Source of the DNA: the human T2T-CHM13v2.0 reference genome, Homo sapiens
Length of the DNA stretch: 64,000 nucleotides
NCBI RefSeq assembly: GCF_009914755.1
Contig: NC_060926.1
Strand: one strand, 5' to 3'
Each line of letters begins with the position of its first letter. The first letter of the stretch is position 1. A program made the position numbers and the translations under genes. Positions 46,643 through 61,152 of the stretch are shown here, one piece after another. Below the pieces are notes generated by a model. The model made no database searches. It saw nothing but the letters and a program-made list of their open reading frames with translations, and was not told where the DNA came from.

Positions 46643-47008
46643 AAACTGAGTTTGGAAAATCCCTGTGATCTAAACCAACAGAGAATGGGAAGCCTTTAAT
46701 TGTTGCATGACAAGTGTTTTCCACAATTTTTTCTGGACATTACAGCTGAGATCATGCCAAATAGCACCCACAAGGGGATGGTCTAGCCCTAATATAAGAG
46801 ATGTTTGAGGGAAACTAGAGAGAAAATCTAAGAGACAATGAAAATGGCAAATCTACCAATTCCAGCCAATAATCTAGATATAGAAACCTTCCAATCAAAT
46901 TTTATTGCTTCAAAAGAAGCCATTTGTGACATTTAGACAATATCATTTAGAAATCTGATAGGAGACAGGTGTAGAGAAAATTAAAATCTTGTTCTGTGGA
47001 CTTACACA

Positions 47009-47009
<1 letters not shown>

Positions 47010-47048
<39 letters not shown>
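47010..47048. repeat. (TAA)n microsatellite
   Basis: Directly visible. Confidence 0.95.
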
Positions 47049-49804
47049 GCAAACTAATAATCCCAAAGCAGTTACACAGATAGAAGAGAATGACAGAATT
47101 TAACTGGTCCGCCCAGAAAGCAAAGGAAATATTTGGAAGTCATCGACCTCTTGGCTTCAGGGATGATTTTTATACTCCACAGCATATGTGGCACCATCTG
47201 AATGATGCCTGGAAACATCTGTCCCCATCTCCCACTCAGGACATTGTCTCCACCAGCCTGCTTGGTGATGGACCTCAATCATCCCATAGAAACAAACGTT
47301 TTCTGGATACATTCTCTCTAGGTCAGCCTGACTTTTAGAAATGATTTTTTTCCCTTCCAGATCCTTGTTAAAATACAGTGAATGATTATTAGCACTGATG
47401 AATACTTTTAATGTATTACAATTATTAAATGTCCTTATTTACTGATATTTAAGGGTGTTTGCAAATATGCAATCTGTCTGGCAGTTGTGACATATTGTAC
47501 TGAGAGTGCAAAAATCAAGAAGCCTGAATCTACCATGGGCTCTGCCAGTACTGAGCTGTGTGGTCAAACCACATCTTCTTTCTTGATTTCAATTCCCAGT
47601 GGTAAAATGAAGGGCTCTGATTAGGTAATATTTCATATCTTCTTCTGCGCTGACATTCCCTGACTCTACAGGTTCCTGGTGATATCTCAAGAAAAGAAAA
47701 GACAGCCCTGGTTAGTGTGAATTTTGAAGAGACAAGAGAAAGGAAATAAAAAGAATGAAAGTATGAGGCCTGCAACTGGGGAGAGGAGTGGCAGCAGGGC
47801 AGAGGCTCCCCAAGCAATTTGATGTCCTTGGGATGGAGGCACCAGAAGCTAAGGGAGCTACAAGAAGGGATCCAGCCTCAGGGAAGCTATTGAGAGGAGG
47901 GACAACCGAGAGACAATCGCTGCCTCCTTCCCAGGTTGGCCTCGGTCTGGCTCTACCCCAGATGCATCTTGCCAATATTTATAGGAAGTGGAATTTGTGA
48001 GGTTTGTAAATTCAGATACTTTTTTGAAGGACTTGAGAGAAGTAGTTGGGTTTATGATTATATTAATAAAAGCATTATAGACATCAAACTGTGAAAGAGC
48101 TCAGAGCTCCTCCGTAACCCTCACATTGTATAGAGGGGAAACCCAAGCCCAGAGAGGTGGATCCACTTGCTGAGGGGCACACAGCTAATGAGCAGGAGAT
48201 GCAAGCTGCAGATAAATTTCAAATAGGAAAAAAAAACAAAAAAAAGATCATCCAAAGATTTAATTCTCCACTTCAAAATGCTGAATCAGAATATACAATT
48301 TTCCTTATGCATCTCAATTGCAACCTTTGTTGTAAAGCAACATTTAGGGAAAGTGTAATATGTGGAATTAACTTAGTCTTACTTAACTGACTGTTTGATA
48401 TGCATAAGCTTTCAAATGCCTAACATCACTCATCTTCGGATGCTGAGCGTCTGACCCCAGGGGATGTCCTCCACTGGAATGGGCTGCCGAGGCCACAGCT
48501 TACCTAATCCCACAGGCAAACCAAGCAGACTGCTCCACATTCTGATGCTGGCCATGTGCAAAGCTTTTCCCTTAAAACCAGAAATAGCGGGGGTTTTTTT
48601 AGGTTATAGGGTTCAGCTTAAGAAAAGCCGATGAAGGAAAAGAAAGGATAGTGGGTGAGGGAGAGGAGGAAAAATAGGGCTAGAGGAAGAGGAGGAAAGT
48701 GAGGGTTGGTGGGAGAGGTCAAGCTTTAGGAACCTGAAGTAGCCATGACATTTGTGAACATAATTAGAAAAATGTTGTTATTTCCCCAAAGAATAACACA
48801 GATTTCTTCAAGGAAAGAACTCCTGTTAGTAGGTGTAGGTCTTCCATCTTCCAGACACACACAGATCCAATCTGCCTCACTTCAGGCTACTTGATCCTGA
48901 AGATGTATTGCTTTAATTCATCATTTCCAGGATAAAAACAGCAAAGCTCTCCAGTTTCAGAATCAGAAGCCATAGGAACCAGAGGAAGGCCGCGATAGCA
49001 CTGCGGACCTTCAGTGGACCTTTTGGAGCCAGGGACTGCCAACTGCTCTTTTCAGAACCCTGCTTGAGGGCTCCTCTGCACCTCCCAGCCCTGCTGACCA
49101 TGACCTCAGATGCCTCCCTGAAGGGATTCACTGGAACTTGCAGCCTCTTAACCTCAGCCTTGACCCATTGCCTTTGGTTTATGACTCTGCTCTGTTACCT
49201 GTCATGGACTTCACCACTTTTTATCTGCCCCAACAGCAACATAAAGATTAAAATTTTAAAAGCACTCTGATCTGCAAAGGACTTTTGGCTAAGAAAATGT
49301 CCTTTTCCTTCTGCAGTGTGAAGGAGAGAACCTGAGTGGATGAGGTGGAGTTTGAAGGGGCCGCGCTGAGTGTGTGTGCGGCAGTGAGGACGGAAGGGAG
49401 AGGCGAGAGCGCTGGGCCCTGGTGATGGGAAGAGGAAGGCTCTGCACAAACGTGAGGAAAGAAGACTATAAACAGAACCCAGAATGGCAGCCGCTCTATT
49501 TCAGGGGTAATCCTATCTATCAGATGCATCCTGCAAGGAGAACGCTTTCTAAAGGCCACTATCGTTTGTGGAGCTTTTGTATGTCAGGTTCTGGATTCCA
49601 TGAATGTCCCACGTATTGACTTGTTAAACGTATTTCTTACAGACCTGAAATTACTGGTATAACTCAGGGCCAGGATTTCGTCAACTTTAACTACTTAGTC
49701 AGCAACATGATATGGCCAGGAGATGGGCAACAAACCTGTATTCAAACTCAGACACGTGTACACGTCATCCGAGCTATTTGAGCCATCTTTATAAAATACA
49801 GGCA

Positions 49805-50265
<461 letters not shown>

Positions 50266-52081
50266 TCAAGATCTGAGCTTCAGGCAGGCAATATTGGAAA
50301 ATCACCTTACATTTCTGGGCCTCAGTTTACCTTACTTGTGATGTGAAAATGATATCTGCCTTATAGAATTATTTAATGATGAAATTACCTGCTAACACCC
50401 ATAAGCCATCAACAAAAACTAGGAGTGGTCCCCACCATGTCTCCCCAACTATGACTAGTGCGAAAGTGTTCATATTCCCAGTGCAGCACCTCCTCAATCT
50501 GGATGACAGGAAAAGGAAGCTTGTAAAAGCCCACAGGGCCGGTGATGTGGATTTAAATTGAGTGATATATTATTTTAAAATCTTTGCATTACAAAGAAAA
50601 GGGAAATACCACTTTTTATTAGGTGGACTAATTTAGCAACCAAAAGTAAGTCATTTTCCTAAAACAAAACAAAACAAATCTCATTTAGCTGAATTCTCCA
50701 GGTGGAGATTCTCTGCCTCTGAGTCTTGCATTCAGCCTCATTCCCCGGCCACTGCCTGAGCCCCTCCCTTTCCTCCACCACCATCTCTGCCCCTCCCCAC
50801 CCTCTCTCACTGAGGCTCCCGGGAGGCCAGGTCTGTTCCTAGTTAAGGACAGGAAAAGAATGAGGTGAAGTCTTTGCTATTTGCTATAGATGTCAATTCC
50901 ATGAAAGATCACAGGCAGCGTGTCTACATTTTTACAATGTGGTTCTGTATTTTCAGGGTTTTCTGTCTCCTCTAGTTCCTGCTCCAAACTCCCTGGTTGC
51001 AGACTGCTTTCAACCTAATGAGGCCTCTTCCTACCTCTCGGAGCAAACGCTGACGTCTCATGTCCACCTTAACATACACAACCTAGTGACTTCTTCTGAA
51101 CTCTCCTTTTCAGTTAAAAATAATCACGGTCTAGACGTGCCTCTGTAACTTATACAATAAGAGGATCTGGTGTCCAAGAAAGCACTTTTAAAAATGAAAT
51201 ATAAAGCCCTGTACATTAAAAACTTAAAAAGCTTCTAAATTCTAAAAGGTAGAAATTAGACATGAACTGTATTTTCAAAGCCATGCTCAACTGGGGAGGG
51301 GGAGCCCCCCACAGTGTGACGTTTCTAAGTCATAGACAAGAGAACAGAAATATGAGAAAGATTTGTTGTCTCCCAGAGAGCAGATATTTCTTTTAATTTT
51401 TCATTTTGATTCAACTAAGATCCTCCCAAATGTGTTTTTGGTGAAGTGGTTTGAACATTTAAGGTTTCTCATTTTGCAAGACTAACCAATTATCATTTTT
51501 TTAAATTAAAAAAAAAAGTTCTAGGACAGTTGAAATAGAGGAGTTATATTTCAAGAATCTTCCATCTCTACTTTCTGGGCTGCTCCCTCCCCCTTACATT
51601 GCATTGGTGACATAAGTGATTGGATTTGGTCATTTGTGGGGCTGGAGGCAGGGAGGAGAGGAAGACTCTAGAGTTACAATTGACTTTACGAGTTTTAATC
51701 TAAAATTTTTTTAAAAAAATGGTAGTGCCATTTTCTAAATATCCCACACTGAAAGAACAGGTTTGGGGAGAGTGGGGGATTTTGAGTTCATTTTGGACGT
51801 GCTAGTTTTGAGGTACCTGTGAGGCACATCACTGGAGATGCTGAAGTGGCTGTTAGAGATTCAGGGCAGAGCTGGGAAGAATCTAGCTCAGAGTCTCATG
51901 CTGGAGGGCACCAGAAGGCAGCAGGTCAGTAAGGCCATTGGCGTGGGTGATGGTACTCAGGGAAGGTCCCAAGTTATTAGGAAAATCAAGATGCTCCCAA
52001 GGACTCCAACATTTAAATGAAAGGACAGAGAAGACAATGTTTCCAGGAGAATGGTCTAGCAAATAACCCATGCTGAGGGTT

Positions 52082-53028
52082 TGTCTTAGTCATTCTGGAT
52101 TGCTATAACAAAGCTGTCATAGACTGGGTAGCTTAAACAACACATTGATTTCTAACAGTTCTGAGAGCTGGAAAGTCTAAGATGAAAGTCCCTGCCAATT
52201 GGGTTCCTGGGGAGAATTCTTCTTCTGGTTTACGGAGGGTAATTACCTTCTCCCCTTCTTGCTGTGTACCTATATGTCAGAGAGAGAGAAAAATTACCTC
52301 TCTCTTGCTGCTTATTAAAAGGGCACTAATCCCATTCACAAAGGCTGCACCCTTATGTCCTAATCACCTCCCAGAGTCCCTGTATTAGTCAGCATTAACC
52401 AGAGGGACAGAACCTAGAAGATATATGTCTATACAAAAAGAATTTTATTAGGCTCACACAATTACAAGGTAAAGTCCCATGATAGGCCGTCTGCAAGCTG
52501 GGGAGAGAAGCTGGTAGCATGGCTCAGTCCAAGTCCAAAAGCTTCAAAACCAGGGAGCTGAAAGTGCAGCTCCCAGTCCAGGCCCCAGGAGGCTGCTGGT
52601 TCAAGTCCCAGAGTCCAAAGGCCGAGGAACCCGGAGTCTGATGTCCAAGGGCAGAAAAAGAGGAAGCAAGCGTTTGGCATAGGGAGGAAAAAAGAGAGAC
52701 AGGAGACTCGGCAAGCTGTGTCTTCTTCCCCTTCTCCCACCTGCTTTGTTCTAGCCTCAGTGGCAGCCGATTGAATGGTATTCACTCACACCTAGGGTAG
52801 GTCTTCCTCTTCCAGTCCACTGACGCAAACAGCAATCTCCTCTGGCAACACTCTCCCAGACACACCCAGAAACAATACTTTACCAGCCATGTAGGCATCC
52901 TTCAATACAGCCAAGCTGACACCTAATATTAACCATCATAGTCCCCACCACCTAATGCCATCCCATTGGACATCAGGGCTTCAGCATATGGATTTGCAGG
53001 GAGTGGCACAGGCTTTCAGTCCATAGCA
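52082..53028 (-). mobile_element. MLT1A-like LTR split by an MLT2 LTR
   Basis: TGTCTTAGTC ... CATAGACTGGGTAGCTTAAACAAC ... TTCAGTCCATAGCA; TSD GGGTT/GGGAT. Confidence 0.88.
52381..52940 (-). mobile_element. MLT2A/MLT2B (ERVL) solo LTR
   Basis: TGTATTAGTCAG ... GATAGGCCGTCTGCAAGCTG ... ATTAACCATCATA; exact 5-bp TSD GTCCC. Confidence 0.92.
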
Positions 53029-53534
53029 GGGATTCAGGAGATGATGGTGCCAAAGTGTTACTGAAACTCGGTGCTGTAGAAGTCCTTGACAATGCAAGAG
53101 AAAACAGTTCGTGGTATGGCTGGGGTGGGGCACAGCCAGCTGAGGTGAGGACGCGTGTGGACCATGAAGGATGGAGAAGACAGAATTCATTTCAGGCTGC
53201 TCAGCTGACAGGCATGGGAAAGATTGGTTGAAAGCTGGAAGGGGACATTGGATTTAGAGATATAAAAACATGTTGTTAAAGATAGGAAATATTTGAGCAT
53301 GTATGAGTGCTCACTCAGAGGAAAAGGGAGGGTTATTAAAGTAGAGAATAAAGACAATGATGAAGAAAATAAAAATTCTGGGAGACTCAAAAGAAGAGGC
53401 TGACTTAGGCAGGAGATTGGTCCAAGATGGCAGAGGACACCTGGAGTCATGTGGGGAAGAAATAGGGACAGGGTGTCCTAGACACACAGTGCCTTCATAT
53501 TCAAGTTCCCGCTCTGCCACTTTCTAGCAGCAAT

Positions 53535-53956
53535 TGTTGGGAGCTGAGTTGGGCTCCCCAAGAGATGTTGAAGTCCTAACCCAGAGTATCTCAGAGTGTG
53601 ACCTTATTTGGAAATAGGGTCTCTGCAGATGATCAAGTTAAGAGGAGATTATTAGGATGGGCCCTTAGCAGATATGAGCATGTCCTTATAAAAAGGAGAA
53701 ATTTAGACACAGACATGTGTGGACGAAGGCTTTAGGAAGACACGGGGAAGTCAGCCATCTACAGGCCAAGGAACACCTGAGGGACCAGAAGCTAGGAGAG
53801 AAGCAAGGAACAGACCCCTCAGAGCCTGCAGAAGGAATTGACCCGGCCAACACCGTCATCCCAGACGTCTGGCTTCTGGAACTGGGAGACAATACGTTTC
53901 TATCTTTTAAGCTACCAGTGTGTGATACTTTGTAATGTCAGCTCCAGAAAACTATA
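53535..53956 (+). mobile_element. MLT1B/MLT1C solo LTR inside a MIR
   Basis: GTGACCTTATTTGGAAATAGGGTC and GAACTGGGAGACAATACGTTTC; TSD GCAAT/GTAAT. Confidence 0.88.
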
Positions 53957-54367
53957 GTAATCTTGGTTCTTCATTTAAAATTAAGTCATTCCTAAATTTG
54001 AAGGATTTCTGTAGAGGTTAAATAAGGTACTATATGAAAAGTATTTAGTAGGCACTCAATAAAAGTTTCCCATGAATCTCATTCAGGTTTGGGTGATAAT
54101 TATAAATGCCTCCCATTAAACATCTATAATTAAAGCCTTTATTGTTAATTATATTAATTATCCTAATAGGAACAGCTGGGGAAACAATCACAACACTCAT
54201 TTAGCAAAACAGTTCTGGGTCACACTTCAATTGGCAGGAGCAGGGCTATTTCAGCTTTGTGCTGTTACTGCAGTACTCTCCGCCACGGTGCTTGCTGGAT
54301 CTTGGCTGAAACAACAGCAAGGGGAAGTGAGGTGAAGCCCAGCCCAGCTGCAGAGGGGGCTTCCTGA

Positions 54368-54811
<444 letters not shown>

Positions 54812-55095
54812 TAGAGGATGCTCTCGCAAAGTGAGCCTTGCCAACATAAGAACCATATTATGTATGTTTGGCTTGTAACATTTTCTGGTTCTCATTGAGC
54901 AAAATGATATCTACTAGCCTACTTGGCACAGAGTAGGAATAATGAATTGTATTGGCTGACATTTGTAAAGTGTTAGCTATGTGCCAGGCATTGTTCTAAC
55001 ACACACACACACACTCGCACACACACTCACACACACATGTTTATGTGCTTTGTTAATCCTTACAACACTATGAAAAAAATCATTTATTATCCCCA

Positions 55096-55470
55096 TGATA
55101 CGGTTTGGTTGTGTCCCCACCCAAATCTCACCTTGAATTGCAATTCCCATAATTCCCACGTATCGTGGATAAGACCCATGGGGAGCTAATTGAATCATGG
55201 GGGTGGTCACCCTCATGCTGTTCTTGTGATAGTGAATGAGTTCTCAGGAGATCTGATGGTTTTATGAGGGGCTTTTCCTCCTTTTGCTCAGCATTTCTCC
55301 TTGCTGCCGCCATGTGAAGATGGAGCTGTTTGCTTCCTCTTCCACCATGATTGCAAGTTTCCTGAGGCCTCCCAGCCATGTTGAACTGTGAGTCAATTAA
55401 ACCTCTTTTCTTTATAAATTACCCAATCTCTGGTATGTCTTTATTAGCGCTGTGAGGACAGACTAACACA
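55096..55470 (+). mobile_element. THE1D-like solo LTR inserted in a MIR
   Basis: TGATACGGTTTGGTTGTGTCCCCACCCAAATCTC ... GACTAACACA; TSD CCCCA/CTCCA. The MIR resumes with CCATTTTACAGATGAG. Confidence 0.92.
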
Positions 55471-55939
55471 CTCCATTTTACAGATGAGAAAAGATAGGCA
55501 CAGAGTTACTTAGGTAACTGCCTATGGTCCATGGTCATATAGATAATAAGCAGCATTTGGTAGTTTAATTCTTCTTTACCATTTCCCATGAAAATTGAAT
55601 CTGGAAAACCACTAACTGTTGGGAGAAATAGGGGAGGGAAGATAGATTTGGATTCCTTGGGTTTGAGGTGTCTGCAGGATTTTAGTGAAGATAGCCAGCC
55701 AGAAGGTGATTATATAAGTCTGTCATCGAGAAAAGATGCCAAGAACCCAGCCTGGATATACAGATTTGTTTAGCCATTAGGAAAGTTAAGAAGCACATAA
55801 AAAGACAAATGGGATGGAAACAGACACTCTCTGGGAACTTCAAACGCAACCTTAAGATCTGGAAGTAGAGGGCTACAAAGGGAGAGAGAGAATACACTAA
55901 TTAAAACACGCACACAAAGCTGAGATGCTGGAACAATAA

Positions 55940-57050
55940 TTGATCCATATGTGAAAAACATTTTAAGAGCCCTGATTTTAAAGTTTGAAAGGCAAACCAT
56001 TACAGCATTTTAAAGAAAATCTAGGAGAATATTTTTATGACTGCTGGGATATGGAAGTCTTTTTTAAACAAGACTTTAAAAATCCAATCTATAAATTAAA
56101 TACATGGTAAGTTTGACTCTATTAAAATTGAAATGAATATCATAAACAAAGTTATAAGAACAAGCCACAGACAGAATGAAAATATTTGGAACTCAGAAAG
56201 CATGAAAGAAGTTAATAACCAAAACGTATGAAGAACTACTATAAACACATAAGATAAGTAACCAAAATGAAAAATGCAAATAGAAAGGAGAATTTGAACA
56301 GCTAAAAGTCATGGTGAAATTCTCAGCCTCATAAGAAAACAGAGAAATATAGACTAAAACCATGTCCTTTCAAAACTATAAAATGAGGAAAAATGTAAAG
56401 GTTTGATAATTTCAAAAGTTGAAGAAAATACGTAGCAAAGGGAACTCTCATACATTACTATTTGGTAGGTAAATTGGTAGAGCTAATTTGAAAAATAAGT
56501 TTGCTTTTTCTAATAAAGCAAAAAATGTATGGATACAATGACCTAAAATCATGCCACTGCATGTATAAAACTTAGAAAAGGTGATATATTGGGTTAGGGA
56601 GACACATAAAGACTGTCTGTATGGTGTCTGAAATAGCAAAACACTAGGAGCCACCTAAATGTCCGGCAAACTAACAATTAATAAATATTAACGTGAACTC
56701 TTCATACAATGTTATGCTATATAGCAATTAAAATTCATTGACTAGAACTCCATATAGTACCAAAGATGCCCCACAAAAATATAATGCTGAATTAAGAAGC
56801 AAGATGAGATGCATATGTACAGTATGAATTCACGACATAAAGTTATAATTATATTAAATAATACCTGTTATTTATAAATATACTCATGATTAGTTCACGT
56901 TTAAAAACATGCATAGGAGAAGGAACAAAAATTCAGAAAAATAGTCAACTCCGAGAGGGATGAAAATGGGACTGAGAGGAGGAACACTCCAGGGATGCTG
57001 AAGATCTTCTTCAAATATTTCTGAAATTAGGTGTTTATGATAACATGGTC
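55940..57050 (+). mobile_element. Old L1ME-type 3' region
   Basis: GGAGAATATTTTTATGAC, ACAAGCCACAGAC, GGAACTCTCATACA, CACCTAAATGTCC. Confidence 0.8.
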
Positions 57051-57244
57051 CAAGTTTTTGTGAGCCTGAAATAGTTCTCTTTTTCAAAAACAGTGGAAGT
57101 AATACTTCTCAGTCATTGGCCGGTGAAATTTCTCTGGACTTCTGCGGGTGCCCATTCCTATCTCCTTCACTCCTTGATGTGGTTTAATCACTTGCTCCCA
57201 TAATCTGACTCTGGATCTAAATTGGTCCCTTGGAATTTTGATAC

Positions 57245-57785
57245 TGTGTTAGTTAAGGTTCTTCATAGAAACAGAACCAATTGTGTGTGTGTGTGTGTGT
57301 GTGTGTCTGAGTTATGATAAGGTATTGGCTTGCACAATCATGAAGTCTGAGAAGTCGCACAATCATGAAGTCTGAGAAGTCCCACAACCTGATGCCTGCA
57401 AGCTGGACAACAGGCAAGCCCAGGTGCATTTCCAGCTCAAGCTTGAGGCTTGAGCACCAGGGGAGCCAATGGCATAAGTCCTAGTCTGAGTCTGAAGGCC
57501 CCAAAACTAGCAGCAGCCACGTCTGAGGGCAGGAGAAGATGGATGTCCCAGCTCAAGCAAAGACAGCAAATTCATCCTTTCTCCACCTTTCTGCTGGAAT
57601 CCAGCCTTCCACAGGTTGTCTGACGTCACCTGCATTGGCAAGAGTGAATCTGCCTGACTCAGTCTACTCTATCCCATGCCAGGGTCTTCCAGAAACACCT
57701 CACAGACACACCCAGGAACAATGTCTTACCAGCCATCTGGGCATCCCCTGGCCAGTCAGGTTAGCACATACAATTACCCCTCACA
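57245..57785 (-). mobile_element. MLT2 (C/D-like) solo LTR with a (TG)n tract and a 25-bp tandem duplication
   Basis: TGTGTTAGTTAAGGTTC ... AGAAACACCTCACAGACACACCCAG ... TCACA. Confidence 0.88.
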
Positions 57786-60692
57786 GGTGCTGTCTTGTCG
57801 AATTCATCTAATGTCAGCTCTTTCTCTGGTGCTACTTCCTGCCAAGAGACCTCAGCCCCGTTTTTGCCAGGTTCTGGTGCTGCTCTGCTGGAGACATGCA
57901 CACCAGGATGAGGAACTTTTGACCAATCATGCCCTGGCCACGAACTTCTTTTTTTCATACACATGTTAATGGAATCCTGACAGTATTCCCATTTTAGGAG
58001 AGCAAAAGGAAGAAGAGCTATTCCCAAGCATTGAAAATAACATTAAGGGAAACTAGAGAAATAGAAGAGTGGTATCTTAGAATCCAAGGGAGGGGAGAGA
58101 GGGTTAAAGATATGGCAAAAGTCAAACCAGAATGGGTCATAAAAGACATTCCTTTTGACAAACGGAATGGGGCCACAGCTTGAAAGGGGAAGGAAATAGT
58201 GAAAAGTCGGCTCTTCCAAGGGGAAAGATCAGCTCCTCTTCTCTCCAGTATGGAGGCTTTAAGCATGAGAGAAATAGTCACCACTTCCTCAAGAAATGCT
58301 ACTGCCCTTTGCCAGAACACTACCAAAATATCTGTACAAATGTATGATGTCTCCAAAGTGATTTGTACCACATGGGAAGGGGAATGTATATGGGATAAGG
58401 AGAAGACAGTGGGGAAAAAACAACTGAATATCCATGAATATCGAACATAGGAATATCCCAGTTGGATATTGCATGGAAGAAGGTTCCGAAGAGGAGGGAA
58501 ATAAGAAATGGAGTCAAATAACACACAGGAATGGCATCGGTTTGCCTTGAGATAAGCAGAAAGGAAGCAGAGAGGTCGTGAGTTATTAGGAAACATTGAG
58601 GTGGAGGAAGAAAAGAGTTGAAGGGAGGGAAGGAATTCACCTTTAGTAACTTCTGTGATCCATGAAATAAGTTAAGGATTACACTGAGAGTGTGAAGGTC
58701 AGTGATTCAGTTAATGTCAAGAGAAGTCTCAAAAACTTGGTGCAGCCAGTTCGGGGAATAGGTAACTAACAAGGAATCCACCACTGAAGGCCAAATTGAG
58801 TTTGAAAGTTTAAAAATCAGTCATGGAGCTCATGCACACATCTGTGCTGGGCTTGGCAGTTGAGCAGCAGGGCTGGTTTGATCTAAAGACGGAGCTTGGC
58901 AATACTGTGTAGACGGGCATGGGGAAGCACAGATGATGGTGGGTACAGTCCCTGTGATTCGATTATCCCGCTTGCCCGCGAATGTCCAGATGTACTGGCT
59001 GATCATGAAATTATTTAGCCCTTTCTCAGAATCTAGCTATACGCTGGGCTCAGTGACCTTGTTAGGCAGCTGGTGGAGAAAGCTGTCTTGGTGGTCTCCT
59101 GAAAGGAATCTCCCATTTATGCTTTGGAATACCGGATTCTCCTGTTTTTTCCTCCTAATCTGTTCTGGTTTTGCCATCATATCGGATTCTAAACTGGTGG
59201 GTTGGATCTGCTGTGGATTCACTCTTTACACCTCTGCCTGCCTCAGCCAATACTCTTCCTTATACCACTTCTCCTTGAGTCACAGAAAAATATTTTTGTA
59301 GAATCGTTTATATTTAGGAATACAAATGGAGGTAGCTCTGAGATGGGGCATAGCACAATTTGACTCGCTTGGAAACATCATTAACAGCTGCAAGCTTCAA
59401 TTTCCAGGCAAATTTCCAGGCAAAACATCCAGTGTAAAAAGTTGCTGGGCAGGACTCTTTTAGAGAAAAAGGAGAGACAGAGTAGGGAGGATAAACTTTA
59501 TTTGTTTGTTTGTAATGAGGGAGACAAAGTACCCAGAGCCATCAGAAAAGGCCATGGCTATTCAGCCATCAAAGTTCATGGATTCCCACAGGGTCATGAC
59601 TCTGATTTGAAACACAAATACACCAAGGATGAGTATCATGCTAGTTATAATTTTACTGAGTCTCAGTTAAGCAGTTCATACTTAAAAGACAGGGAGTTCA
59701 TACTTAAAAGACAGAAGAAGGACTTGCGTCTTGGAGATGATATGCTTTATTAAGAGGTGGAGACAAATCTTTACAGTCAAGCTCCTGTTCTTCTATCTGC
59801 TTCATAAGACCAAATTCCATCCATTCTAACAGGGCTTCGAGTCCACAAACTTGCCTTGAGCCCCTGCTGTGCGTCAGGCATGGACTTATTTGTGTTGTTC
59901 TGTCAGTCTGGTGGAATTCCTCCAGCTTTGCTAGAATAGCTTCTTCTAGAACAAACCAGCAATTGTTTATCTATTCAAAATGTTCTGAGACCGATAACTT
60001 GCATTGGGAAACAAGGCTTCTGATATACAAATTAAATATCTCATGTGACATTACTGAAATTCTGAAAAGAATAACTGACTAATTTCAAATTAGTTCTTCT
60101 ACCTTTATCAATGATGGGAATCTGATTCAATTGCTTTGCTGGCAAACAATATAGTTTTCCTTCATGGGCTATTTTCAAAGAGCTCATAACATTAAGAAAC
60201 TCATTTGCTACTTTATCAAGACCCCTATGGAGTCAATTTATACAATGCACTTGAATAGCTTCCCATTTCATGAGAAATGTTAGACTAAATTTTTAATAAA
60301 TATTTTTATTATCACAACAGATATTCGTACTGCATTTGTGTTGGTGTATTTATGCTTATAAAATGTGAATCTGATCGGTGATGTTGAAACAAAACCATTA
60401 TGTTGTATGGATTATAATTATTTCCTCATAAACCCAATCCTATAAATGCATGGATTTGAACATTATTGGACTGATTAATTGGCAGTTCTTTCAAAATTTG
60501 GGCTCGATTTATTCAGTCATTTGAGTTATATCCATTTTTGTGCTTGTGTTTCTAAAATTAAGTGTCTTAACATTTTCTTGGCCTCTTTTTAAATTTAATT
60601 TGAAGTCTTATACTGCCTTGATGCATCCAGTGACTATTCAGCCAAGATTTTAACTTCATTTCTCACTTCATGAAAAAAAAAGATGATGTCAA

Positions 60693-61152
<460 letters not shown>

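Larger units (their letters stand above)
51660..53450 (-). mobile_element. L2 remnant hosting nested LTRs
   Basis: GAGTTCATTTTGGACGTGCTAGTTTTGAGGTACCTGTGAG; purine-rich L2-like text resumes after 53030. Confidence 0.65.

Noticed and set aside
58018-58596. 192-aa minus-strand ORF
   Set aside because: No recognisable domain, and the composition is that expected from a purine-rich plus strand that looks like a degraded L2.
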